Origin: a virus
IMG/VR virus record: IMGVR_UViG_3300050343_000218
Direction: 5' to 3' (one strand)
Length of the DNA stretch: 64,000 bases
Shown here: piece after piece, positions 55,001 to 62,835 of the stretch
Layout: each line of letters opens with the position of its first letter
Position numbering within the stretch: position 1 is the first letter of the stretch
Position numbers and translations under genes: made by a program
The notes under the pieces: generated by a model
What the model saw: the letters and a program-made list of their open reading frames with translations, nothing else
What the model was told of the DNA's origin: nothing
Databases searched by the model: none

Positions 55001-55524
55001 GATATCTGACGAAGACCAAACATCGAGAACCCATCTATGGGGGTCAAGATATCCTGAAGTCTAGTTAAAAACCTTGCTGTTTTTTCCCTAAAGTTACTTA
55101 GTTTTTCTCTAAGATCTATCTCAAATTCTTCTAAATTATCTGCCCACCCATCAAGAGTATCAGCAATACCTGCAGCTCCATCAGAAAACTTTGATGCTGC
55201 AGCAGTAAGAGCACCAATACCAAGTGCTATTGCACCAAGACCTAGAGCTTTCTTTAAATCTACCTTAGATTTTTTCTTTGTCTTTCCTCCCTTATCCTTT
55301 CCACCTACACCACCTATATTATACTTCTCAATTGCATTCTCTTGCGCAGTAAACTTGCTAGCAGAGATAGACTTTCTCGACAAAGAAATTTGCTGTCGAA
55401 GAAGATTGTTAGTCGTTAGCTGAGAGTTTACAACATCAGACAGGATACTATTAGTAATCTTCTGCGCGTTCAATTGCGCAGAAGAAAGAGTTGTCAGAAC
55501 TTTAATGCTAGACTCTAGTGACAT
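52045..55524 (-). CDS. tape-measure-like/gp29-like protein with C-terminal M23 peptidase
   Basis: Long G/A-rich helical body; HQGTD (HxxxD), GYGN, YGHM, GPHLHWE (HxH). Confidence 0.75.
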   Translation of the reverse strand: MSLESSIKVLTTLSSAQLNAQKITNSILSDVVNSQLTTNNLLRQQISLSRKSISASKFTAQENAIEKYNIGGVGGKDKGGKTKKKSKVDLKKALGLGAIALGIGALTAAASKFSDGAAGIADTLDGWADNLEEFEIDLREKLSNFREKTARFLTRLQDILTPIDGFSMFGLRQISMGVDAAKSGKYAKTGGAVRGAIGKGIAGAAKSTAMLPVRGTQAIAEAVGRSDTSKLASKLDDIAIRQGARAGSSTLPTTITPKTLKDSLVAAVKTTRERAAGFVSGARQGAQRGVEGVQRGVATRVAGLKNLPTQAKLFGQGLTGARDVDVLRTAGRPFPNIARGVGDVGMEAGGVFRAGRGIRTGIQGTVTSARNAASATRQAVSAATPQGVKQFMAVSKAAGPQAAILGTFDDIVKNLKNLKVKTITSFGNVIKALPGQFKNLTTAVKGFGTTAKTALKNFDLGKAATQVSKLGSRGVQGAARLGAAGARATPGVAAKLGDTIRAARTATPQAVSTIKNAKGIASVAKGAGSLAKRIPILGSLISAGFGAMDANTEEMERLRAENPQMDEEQIKAGLADGSLKKDKAKIVGRSAGAGVGAGVGTVVGGILGSALGPIGTALGAAAGAWLGENVGKFLGEGFANTFKSFDWGGTFGPVIDNFKGLAGSITGALDTVAGAFGIKGNGKDGSGGFVTALQNIGRIIGIIAKVLLKTLAPVLNLVISSIRSVVDLVTNIVKTISTVVQAGMGFIKGLIDNVPSWLGGDALRGMVSGMEGAMSGDVLGKINNFVDGTSDEGEGGPVQNSVRGKGGGFNMLNPMSWFSGDAQKATTGDLDNVSNDTLAGKLYNRRKQQEEMMRKLRGQGGPASPTSSSEFIKLPGMGGATGNRPNITVTSKRGMRTAPGSGLWKMHQGTDIAARSGTPMFLPLGAKIVDNRATANGAGYGNSIYFTTEDGITHMYGHMKSQSKLKVGKTYAAGTKVGEVGNTGNSYGPHLHWETATKERDVGRSGRSLFEPLSKYNKYAPFTKDGPGTPSLDSSSSSSYSADGSTPGREASAAALSVSPITSALRGMASTASSMSSNIANRSDALQKSGMESGLADSIAGALAPLASIPQLLMSAANSNAGGGTMSPQDPGMQGSGDVAMFPTTSPVRDGGHVFQGDI

Positions 55525-55694
55525 TATCCTGTTTGCTGTTTAAGTTTTTCGTCTTCAAGATAAGCGATAAGTAATGCAACATATACTTCTCTTTCCCACG
55601 GCATCATATTTTCAATCTCAGTAAGACTATACTTATGATGCTGCATTAAAGCAAAGTTTGTCCTAAAATAATTCTCTAAGGAATTATAGGACAT
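55524..55694 (-). CDS. gp51: gp51-like baseplate hub assembly protein (not in ORF track)
   Basis: MSYNSLENYFRTNFALMQHHKYSLTEIENMMPWEREVYVALLIAYLEDEKLKQQTG*. Confidence 0.85.
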   Translation of the reverse strand: MSYNSLENYFRTNFALMQHHKYSLTEIENMMPWEREVYVALLIAYLEDEKLKQQTG

Positions 55695-55696
55695 CA

Positions 55697-56410
55697 CTAC
55701 CCGAAAAAAGATGCCAAACCCTCAAGTGTATACTCACAATCCACATTCGTATTAGGATTAGTTACGGTGAATGTGTGAGATAGCTTAGGCATATTCACAA
55801 AGAACGTTTGCATAGATGCAAACTGAGATGATGTAAGACTATCGATGAAAGCAATCATCTCTTTCCTGCTAGAATTAGCAGACTCATATACTTCATCACC
55901 ATCAATAATCTGATCGATACAATCAGCAATAAGTTCAAACACTTCATCAGGTTTAGTTTCAACATCACCAAAATTATTTTTGATGAACTGATCCAAAGAA
56001 GGGTACTTCATTTTGAGAGCAATGTTCTCAGTCAATTCGATAGTATCGGTACTACCTTCTGGTTTAATAACCTCTACATCTTCCAAGCTAATAAGAGCAT
56101 CAACCTCAGTCTCATTGTCATCCGTACAGATAACTTTGAGTTCTAGTTCTTCACCCACTGACTTGGCACGAATCTTCAGAAACAAATACTCAAGATCAAA
56201 CATCGCAAGATTCTTAATAACCAATCTACTTGTGATGCAATTAGTTAGTAGTGTTACAACTGCATTCTGAATCTGTTGTGTGTCTTCCGATTCTAAAGCT
56301 AAGAGAAGAGTTTTTTCTTCCTTAACCAAGAAGGGACGATACTTCACTGTCTGTCCCGTAGAAGGGAGAGTAGTAGAGTACGAAGGCACTTCAATTTTTG
56401 GTAAAGGCAT
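55697..56410 (-). CDS. gp26: baseplate hub assembly protein gp26
   Basis: LPSTGQTVKYRPFLVKEEK..DLEYLFLKIRAKSVGE..MKYPS..FF..MPKL..EGLASFF. Confidence 0.9.
   Translation of the reverse strand: MPLPKIEVPSYSTTLPSTGQTVKYRPFLVKEEKTLLLALESEDTQQIQNAVVTLLTNCITSRLVIKNLAMFDLEYLFLKIRAKSVGEELELKVICTDDNETEVDALISLEDVEVIKPEGSTDTIELTENIALKMKYPSLDQFIKNNFGDVETKPDEVFELIADCIDQIIDGDEVYESANSSRKEMIAFIDSLTSSQFASMQTFFVNMPKLSHTFTVTNPNTNVDCEYTLEGLASFFG
55703..55709 (-). other. candidate -1 slippery heptamer T TTT TTC
   Basis: In frame 0 of gp26, one codon before the stop; the -1 frame reads F-R-V-V-M into gp51. Confidence 0.55.
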
Positions 56411-56425
56411 AGTATTTCAATTCGA

Positions 56426-56433
56426 TATTTATA
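56426..56433 (-). promoter_or_regulatory. T4 late promoter (perfect TATAAATA)
   Basis: Plus strand TATTTATA; CTAAATA adjacent. Confidence 0.8.
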
Positions 56434-56442
56434 TTTAGGGGG

Positions 56443-57213
56443 TCATTCAAAAGCGTTCTTTAAATTCTTAGAGAACTTTTTAGTACTGTCATCAATACCT
56501 CTCAAAGCTTTGCGTAGTTTCTTTGGAAGAGGATACTTATCAAGTTTAGACATAGACTTGAAATTCTGAAGAGCATCTTCATACTGAATCTCAAACTTTT
56601 CATAGTACATATTAACAGTACAGGTAACCAATGTAGTAGCACCTGCATCTAGAGGAACAGCATCAATAGAATATGGATATGCTTTCTGAAACCAGTACCT
56701 CATCGACTTAGATTGAGATCGATTGACAGGTCCAGGTTCAAACTTATCAATCAGAACTGACATCTGATACTCATCAGGATATCTAACTCTAACATATCTA
56801 TTTCTATCTCTATCAGGACTGTTAGTCCATCCTTCCATCATATCAATTTCATCACCACCATTATCAAACTCCTGGAAAATTTTATCAAACCAAGCGTGGA
56901 AAACTTTGTAAGCTGTCATATTAGCATCACAGATGAAGGACAGTGACAAATCATTGTACATCTTCATCGTAGGATACTTCATACTATGCCCAGTATAGTA
57001 TCCATTTACTTGTCCAGTAGCTGCCTGCACACTAGGAAGGGAAACCGAGTTGCAAAGAAGCTCCATCGATTCTCTCGTGGCATTACTCACATCTGGCAGT
57101 CCCTGAAGATCCAGTTGCCATATAGCAGGAATAGTGCATCTAAATTGATTAGACTTTGCAACTCCACCACCACGATTAAGTTGTTTAGCTAGATCTGAGT
57201 AGAGATTCGCCAT
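56443..57213 (-). CDS. tail tube initiator (gp54/gp19 fold)
   Basis: GGVAKSNQF..LLCNSVSLPS..KYP..YNDLSLSF..AYPYSI..L..TV.M.YE. Confidence 0.8.
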   Translation of the reverse strand: MANLYSDLAKQLNRGGGVAKSNQFRCTIPAIWQLDLQGLPDVSNATRESMELLCNSVSLPSVQAATGQVNGYYTGHSMKYPTMKMYNDLSLSFICDANMTAYKVFHAWFDKIFQEFDNGGDEIDMMEGWTNSPDRDRNRYVRVRYPDEYQMSVLIDKFEPGPVNRSQSKSMRYWFQKAYPYSIDAVPLDAGATTLVTCTVNMYYEKFEIQYEDALQNFKSMSKLDKYPLPKKLRKALRGIDDSTKKFSKNLKNAFE

Positions 57214-57244
57214 CTAAATAAGCTTTGGCATACATTTTATTTAT
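57214..57244. promoter_or_regulatory. overlapping divergent late promoters
   Basis: CTAAATA on plus (57214-57220) and ATAAATA on minus (57238-57244). Confidence 0.65.
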
Positions 57245-57683
57245 GGCGTACTCTGGACAATACAAACCAGTGAACTACCATAAGTATAAGGGTGATTTCC
57301 GCAGAATATTCTACAGATCATCGTGGGAACTTATGTTTATGAAGTACTGCGATAGGGAAAATAATGTATTAGAGTGGGGTAGTGAAGAGATAATCATACC
57401 GTATCGTTGTCCTACTGACGGTAGAGTACATAGATATTATCCAGATTTTTATGTAAAAGTCAGGGATAAAGATGGTTCTCTTAAAAAATATATTGTTGAG
57501 GTGAAACCAAAGAAACAAACAAAACCACCTAAAGCACCTCAACGTAAAACTAGAAGATATTTGCAAGAGGTAAATACTTTTATGAAGAACACTGCTAAGT
57601 GGAAGGCAGCAAAAAATTACTGTGATGATAGAAGAATGGACTTTCTAATTCTCACGGAGGATCATCTTGGAATCGGTCTTTGA
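57243..57683 (+). CDS. gp4: head completion nuclease gp4
   Basis: YSGQYKP.N..KYKGD..I.YRSSWE..W.SEE..IPY..HRYYPDF..EVKP..N.AKW..A; ATG at 57243. Confidence 0.93.
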   Translation: MAYSGQYKPVNYHKYKGDFRRIFYRSSWELMFMKYCDRENNVLEWGSEEIIIPYRCPTDGRVHRYYPDFYVKVRDKDGSLKKYIVEVKPKKQTKPPKAPQRKTRRYLQEVNTFMKNTAKWKAAKNYCDDRRMDFLILTEDHLGIGL

Positions 57684-58263
57684 AAAGCTAGAGAAAGCAC
57701 AAGCAGGTGAAGATCGTAGTCCTGCTTGGTGGAGACAAGCAGGTAAGGTTGCGATGCGTTCTGCATTAGCAGACGGTGCAAAGGATGCCATCATCACAAA
57801 CGAAACTGTCAATCGTGATGATGACAATGAGGTGTCTTTCTATCCCAAGAGAGGAAAGCTTATGATGTTTGAATATAATGCACGAGTGAGTAAGCAAGTT
57901 CTTCCTTACTACGATCAGTTACCATTGACCTTAGTATTAGAAGTAAAAACTGATCACTTCTGGGGTGCGAACTTACATTACATCAGTCCAAAGAAAAGAT
58001 TAAAAACTATAGAAGCATTACTAAAGGGTAAGATTGATATACCTCGCAAAATCATTCATAAATACTTGAAACGTGATGTAAAGAACGGTGGTCTCTTTGT
58101 AGACATCGCAGAAAGTGATTGGGACTCAGCAATCTATCTACCAACTGAACAGTTTGTTGCTGCCGTTGGAAAAATAGAGATACCATATCAATCTAAGAAA
58201 GTATGGAATCACTATGATCCTCTTACCAAATATAGATTCAAAGCTAAAAGAAAGGTTAACTAA
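57667..58263 (+). CDS. gp2: DNA end protector gp2
   Basis: GKLMMFEY.A..LPYYDQLPL..FWGANLHY..IHKYL. Confidence 0.85.
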   Translation: MESVFEKLEKAQAGEDRSPAWWRQAGKVAMRSALADGAKDAIITNETVNRDDDNEVSFYPKRGKLMMFEYNARVSKQVLPYYDQLPLTLVLEVKTDHFWGANLHYISPKKRLKTIEALLKGKIDIPRKIIHKYLKRDVKNGGLFVDIAESDWDSAIYLPTEQFVAAVGKIEIPYQSKKVWNHYDPLTKYRFKAKRKVN

Positions 58264-59213
58264 TGTCACTACTTGATCGCAATAAGAAAAAGAATGGTGG
58301 TGGTAAGAGGGCACTTAGATTCCCTCGGGATAAAGTAACGGATCACGATGATTATATGATGTTTACCATCTATAAGTATCAACCTCCTTTCCGTAAAGCA
58401 AACTGCATCGGAAAATCTGGTGGTAACCTATGGGGTAGTAGATATTCTAGTTACGATACTACTGGGTTTGGCGGAGGAGAATTAGAGTCTTCTAAGTATA
58501 AAAATATGGTCCTCTATATGCCAGAGGATATTAGCGATGCGCATACAAGAAACTGGGGTGAAGTTTCTGTCAATAACATACAGCGTGCTGCTTTAAGAGC
58601 ATTTGGATCTGGTCTAGATGCTGCTCCTGGTTTGATGGACAACTTGACCACAGAGGGAGTCAAACAAGCTGCCAAAAGTATGCTACCTAAAGATACTGTA
58701 TCTCAAGGCAAGGCATTTATGAAACAACTAGCAGTAGAAGGAGCATCAGCTGCTGCAGGTGTCGATTCTAATGTTGCTTTCGGTGGTGTGATGGGTCAAG
58801 TTGCTAACCCCAACTTGGAAGTTCTATTTGAAAACGTTGGGCTGAGAACATTTAGTTTCAACTGGACAATGGTGCCCAGAAATCAAAAAGAATCTCTAAT
58901 TATTAAAGAGATGATTTGGCAATTCAAAAAAGCATCTGCACCAGAGATGGAAGCAGATGGTTGGTTTATGAAAGTTCCACACGTATTTAATATCGAATAC
59001 AAGCAAGGTTCCTCCACAAACCATTGGTTAAATAGAATGAAAGCTTGTGCACTGCAAGGTATTTCTGTTAACTATAGTGCTGGTGGCAGTTACGCCAGTT
59101 TGTCTGACGGAGCACCTGTTGCAGTGACAATTGGTTTGCAGTTCAAAGAACTGAAGATGATTCTCTCACAAGATTTTGGTGATTCATTTAGTCAAGGACA
59201 GCAATACTACTAA
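58263..59213 (+). CDS. gp48: baseplate tail-tube cap gp48
   Basis: LYMPE..NPNLEVLFENVGLRTFSFNW.MVPRNQKES..I..F..P.VF.IEY..L.FKEL. Confidence 0.88.
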   Translation: MSLLDRNKKKNGGGKRALRFPRDKVTDHDDYMMFTIYKYQPPFRKANCIGKSGGNLWGSRYSSYDTTGFGGGELESSKYKNMVLYMPEDISDAHTRNWGEVSVNNIQRAALRAFGSGLDAAPGLMDNLTTEGVKQAAKSMLPKDTVSQGKAFMKQLAVEGASAAAGVDSNVAFGGVMGQVANPNLEVLFENVGLRTFSFNWTMVPRNQKESLIIKEMIWQFKKASAPEMEADGWFMKVPHVFNIEYKQGSSTNHWLNRMKACALQGISVNYSAGGSYASLSDGAPVAVTIGLQFKELKMILSQDFGDSFSQGQQYY

Positions 59214-61294
59214 TGCCATACTTCAGTTATCTACCAGACATTGATCTAGCAGTTCGACCTATCAAATTTCCTTGGTCGGAACAGCAATACAAAGTAGCAA
59301 AAAATATTTTTAGAAGATTTAAAGTTAGCGAAACTTCTTTAGATACAATGACATACTTTAAAAAGTATGTTATCGATGACTCAGATCGTCCTGATATTAT
59401 TTCAGAGATTGTGTATGGTAGATCTGATTATGATTGGATCATTATGATGTGCAATAACATCATCAATCCATATTACGATTGGCCAATGAGTCAATCAACG
59501 TTGATGGAATATATTAGTACGGAGTATGATAATCCGTATGCAATTAAACACTACGTCACAAGAGAAGTAAAGAACACTGCAGGCGACGTGGTTCTTCCTG
59601 CAGGACAAATTGTTGACGAGGGTTTCTACAACTCTCCTTATTGGGTAGAGTATGACAGAAGTGATGTTGAGTTTCCAATACCAGAGAACAAAACAGAGCT
59701 CATTGTAACTAGACAGCTTGGTGTTAATCACGTTCAATTAAAATCTTGCAGTTGGGGCGTCTGTTTCCCACGAGATGTAGCTGGTGGTGGATATGAATCA
59801 GCACCTACGATATCATTCCGATCACCATATTCACAACTAGGTGAGCTGCCAGCTGTAAGAGCAACAGGTTTTGCAACACTGAGTGATACGGGATACCTAA
59901 AACGCTTTGACATTACATCTCCTGGTGAAAACTATACATATCCTCCCATTGTTACTTTCGATGGTGGGTTAGCAGGTCAAGGTGCTACAGCAACAATCAA
60001 TAGTAGCGGTCAAGTAACAGAGATTCGTCTCGATGGTTTGTCATATGATACTACCGTGGCAGATAACATCTATGAATTTGGAGGAGGTGCTACTCTTGCT
60101 CCTAATGGTAGTGGAACAGGATATACTGGAGGATTTGACCTTGGCACTACACACCTTAGATTAGGAGACTCATACGGAACACGTTATGCTACTATTAACA
60201 AAGTAGATATGACAACTTTCGATACTGTTCGTGTCTATGCTATTCGTGGTAACGGTAGTAATGGTGGAGAAACACCTGACATCAATGGTGTAGAAGATCT
60301 ATATTTAAGATATCAAATTACTGAAAATGTAAACCCTGATCCTAGTGCGTGGGTTAACCTTGGTATTGTGATCGAAGCTGTGCCCAATGGTAGTGGTAGT
60401 GGTGTCCTTGACAACTACGACTTTACTGTGCCAGCAAATGTAAGGACAGAAAATGTGTTCTTCCAGTTATATCAACCTGGTAACAGTGGTCCTTCATACG
60501 ATCACTACGGTATCACAACTATCAACTTCATCAACAACAGTGCTGAATACACAGACTCTAACGTATACCTAACAAACAATCCTCTTGATTCTACAGGTAG
60601 TGGAGCAACTGCAGTTGCTGTATTAGGTAAGCGTCTGACTGGTGTAACTGTAACCAACCCAGGTTCTTATGGTGGTGGTTACTATGTTAATATAGGTGCT
60701 TCTGGTGGCAACCCCGATTACGAAGCTTACTTTGATGCAGTAGCGGAACCAAATCCTAATTCATTTGCAGCTGATGATGTAATTACTTTCAGCAATGGTG
60801 TTACTGCTACGATCATTGAATATAATGAGCTATCTAATGGGCAAAGCGATAGTATGACAATCAAAATGGATACTATCGATCCTAATAATCCTATCGCTAG
60901 CAGTATGGCATTCACTACTGCAACTTCTACTGCTGTTGTACACACAGTGGTGTCTACTGTACAATCCGAACCAACTTTTATAGACAAAGTTGGAAACTTG
61001 TTTAGATATCAACTACTACGAACGTCTGGTACTGGTGGATGGGAGAAGCTAATACGTGACAGTTACCGTTACTATGACGAAGATCTTCAGCTAGTAGTAC
61101 CCAAGGTAGGAAAAGAAATTTCCTACCCTGTTACCTTCCACGAGTACGAGACTGAACAAAACGATAAAAAGCGCGAGATATTTATCTTAAAGAAAAGATA
61201 TATCGCACGCTTTTTGGCAGAGATGAAAGAGCAACTGCCGTATAAAAAATCTTCAGATTACATTAGTTCAACTCTGAAGAGATCAAGTATCTGA
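59213..61294 (+). CDS. gp53: baseplate wedge gp53 with large internal insertion
   Basis: DRPDIIS..YG...YDWIIMM.NNI.NPYYDWP N-terminus; EYE..QND.KREI.ILK C-terminus; 693 aa. Confidence 0.85.
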   Translation: MPYFSYLPDIDLAVRPIKFPWSEQQYKVAKNIFRRFKVSETSLDTMTYFKKYVIDDSDRPDIISEIVYGRSDYDWIIMMCNNIINPYYDWPMSQSTLMEYISTEYDNPYAIKHYVTREVKNTAGDVVLPAGQIVDEGFYNSPYWVEYDRSDVEFPIPENKTELIVTRQLGVNHVQLKSCSWGVCFPRDVAGGGYESAPTISFRSPYSQLGELPAVRATGFATLSDTGYLKRFDITSPGENYTYPPIVTFDGGLAGQGATATINSSGQVTEIRLDGLSYDTTVADNIYEFGGGATLAPNGSGTGYTGGFDLGTTHLRLGDSYGTRYATINKVDMTTFDTVRVYAIRGNGSNGGETPDINGVEDLYLRYQITENVNPDPSAWVNLGIVIEAVPNGSGSGVLDNYDFTVPANVRTENVFFQLYQPGNSGPSYDHYGITTINFINNSAEYTDSNVYLTNNPLDSTGSGATAVAVLGKRLTGVTVTNPGSYGGGYYVNIGASGGNPDYEAYFDAVAEPNPNSFAADDVITFSNGVTATIIEYNELSNGQSDSMTIKMDTIDPNNPIASSMAFTTATSTAVVHTVVSTVQSEPTFIDKVGNLFRYQLLRTSGTGGWEKLIRDSYRYYDEDLQLVVPKVGKEISYPVTFHEYETEQNDKKREIFILKKRYIARFLAEMKEQLPYKKSSDYISSTLKRSSI

Positions 61295-61495
61295 TTTCTT
61301 ATAGAAACCAAATGGACCGACTTTTTCTTTCACTCGGTTCTTCATAACAACACCAGCAAGAGACTCCATAATTTTCAGGACATCTTCTGCCTTAGCACCT
61401 TCACCAAGTTCTTTGGCAACATAGAAATACTTATCAAAGAACTCTTGACCGTGTTCTTTGTAGTCTTCAACGGTGATTGGTTGATCTTTCATCAT
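61283..61495 (-). CDS. conserved cyanophage hypothetical protein
   Basis: 70 aa ending KVGPFGF; follows gp32. Confidence 0.8.
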   Translation of the reverse strand: MMKDQPITVEDYKEHGQEFFDKYFYVAKELGEGAKAEDVLKIMESLAGVVMKNRVKEKVGPFGFYKKSDT

Positions 61496-62412
61496 TCTTC
61501 CTCAGCAAGGCGAGCGAAGTATGACAATTGATCTTCATCACCACTAGGAGTGATGTCAGGTGCATTGAATCCCGCATCCACAGTTTCAGTCTTCCTCTCA
61601 AAGTTAGGAGTGAAGCTAGGAGTGGAGGGTACAACAGGTTCAAACTCTTCGTCATCAACAGTAGGAGCAGCACTCCGCTTATTGATACCAAGCACTTCAT
61701 TCAGACGTGATTGGAGTTCTTCGTATGTTTTGAACTGATCAGCAGTAGTAAAAGCAGACAGAGAATACTGTTGCTTCCAAGTTGCTTCCAGCACGTCATC
61801 ATCCTGATGCAATGCACTGGTACTATCAAACTCAGACTTGTCATAGTTCCAGTAACCTGCAACCTTACAGATCTTCAGCTTGAAGTTAGCACCTTCCCAC
61901 ATATCAAAAGGATTGATAGGGGTTTCGTCTTCAAACTCAGGTTGCATTGCTGCAGTGATCTTGTCATAGATCTTCTTACCAAACTTGTAGAGGAAGACTT
62001 TACCTTCGTTCTGAGGATTGGCAGGGTCACGCACAACAAAGATGTTGGTGTAGTAAGAGAGCTTACGCTTCTGCTTACGTGCGACTTCTTTATCTGCATC
62101 GATGCCAGAGTTCCACAGCTTACGATTGACTTCACCGACAGGATCCTTGCCACCAATAGTAGTCAGGGAGTTCTCGATATACCAACCACCAGGACCCTGG
62201 AAGGCGTGGGAGTACACCTTCGCCCAAGGCATTTCCTCTCCATCAGGAGCAGGAAGGAAACGAATGACAGCGTAACCGTTGCCAGAGTTATCGAGTTCAG
62301 GTTTCCAGAGACGATCGTCTCCACCCTTACTAGACTTATTGATCTTCTCTGCCTCCTGGACTAGTGCTTGGAGAGACGAGGTTGAACGCTTTTTAAGATC
62401 GCTAAAAGACAT
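61492..62412 (-). CDS. gp32: single-stranded DNA-binding protein gp32
   Basis: DDRLWKP..GNGYAVIRFLP..PGGWYIENSLTT..NYDKSEF; acidic tail SYFARLAEEE. Confidence 0.97.
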   Translation of the reverse strand: MSFSDLKKRSTSSLQALVQEAEKINKSSKGGDDRLWKPELDNSGNGYAVIRFLPAPDGEEMPWAKVYSHAFQGPGGWYIENSLTTIGGKDPVGEVNRKLWNSGIDADKEVARKQKRKLSYYTNIFVVRDPANPQNEGKVFLYKFGKKIYDKITAAMQPEFEDETPINPFDMWEGANFKLKICKVAGYWNYDKSEFDSTSALHQDDDVLEATWKQQYSLSAFTTADQFKTYEELQSRLNEVLGINKRSAAPTVDDEEFEPVVPSTPSFTPNFERKTETVDAGFNAPDITPSGDEDQLSYFARLAEEE

Positions 62413-62486
62413 TAGATTCTTAGATTGAATTGGATTTGGTTTTAGTGTTGGGTCTTACGCTGAATACTGTGCAGCCCAACGGAGTT

Positions 62487-62495
62487 ATTATAGCA
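62487..62495 (-). promoter_or_regulatory. extended -10 promoter of gp32
   Basis: TGC-TATAAT abutting the 3' end of tRNA-Asp. Confidence 0.65.
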
Positions 62496-62569
62496 CGGGA
62501 TTGATGGGACTTGAACCCACGACTTCTTGCGTGACAGGCAAGCGCTCTAACCAGCTGAGCTACAACCCC
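62496..62569 (-). tRNA. trnD-GUC: tRNA-Asp (GTC)
   Basis: Acceptor GGGGTTG/CAATCCC, arm CTTGC-CTGTCAC-GCAAG, T-loop TTCAAGT. Confidence 0.95.
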
Positions 62570-62573
62570 AAGG

Positions 62574-62655
62574 TGGGCAGGGAGGGATTTGAACCCCCGT
62601 AGGCAGAGCCAGTGGATTTACAGTCCACCTCCATTAACCACTCGGACACCTACCC
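62574..62655 (-). tRNA. trnY-GUA: tRNA-Tyr (GTA), long variable arm
   Basis: Acceptor GGGTAGG/CCTGCCC, arm GTGGA-CTGTAAA-TCCAC. Confidence 0.95.
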
Positions 62656-62835
62656 TTGTTCCCGTTTGAGTTTGAAGTAAAGTTTATAATAAACTTTCTT
62701 CATATCATTGAGAGTATTCATATCCTCTTCAAACCCCATATATTTGAGGAGCTGAGAGGACCCTTCTAACTCACTGAGTAATCTTAGCACGTTGACGGGG
62801 TGTCTGTCAAGACCCCCGAAATCATACTGACTCAT
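62650..62835 (-). CDS. conserved cyanophage hypothetical protein
   Basis: YDFGGLDRHPVNVLRLLSELEGS..LKYMGF; last codon and stop lie inside tRNA-Tyr. Confidence 0.8.
   Translation of the reverse strand: MSQYDFGGLDRHPVNVLRLLSELEGSSQLLKYMGFEEDMNTLNDMKKVYYKLYFKLKREQG

Noticed and set aside
59710-60960. Intein in gp53
   Set aside because: No Cys/Ser-start and His-Asn-end splice motifs or LAGLIDADG blocks; the insert looks like structural beta domains
61711-62364. 217-aa plus-strand ORF antisense to gp32, and many similar 60-190-aa antisense or alternate-frame ORFs over the structural genes (e.g. 17765..18313, 30030..30596, 39614..40105, 52856..53305)
   Set aside because: Codon-bias shadows of long genes; no motifs, promoters or RBS, and unnatural composition
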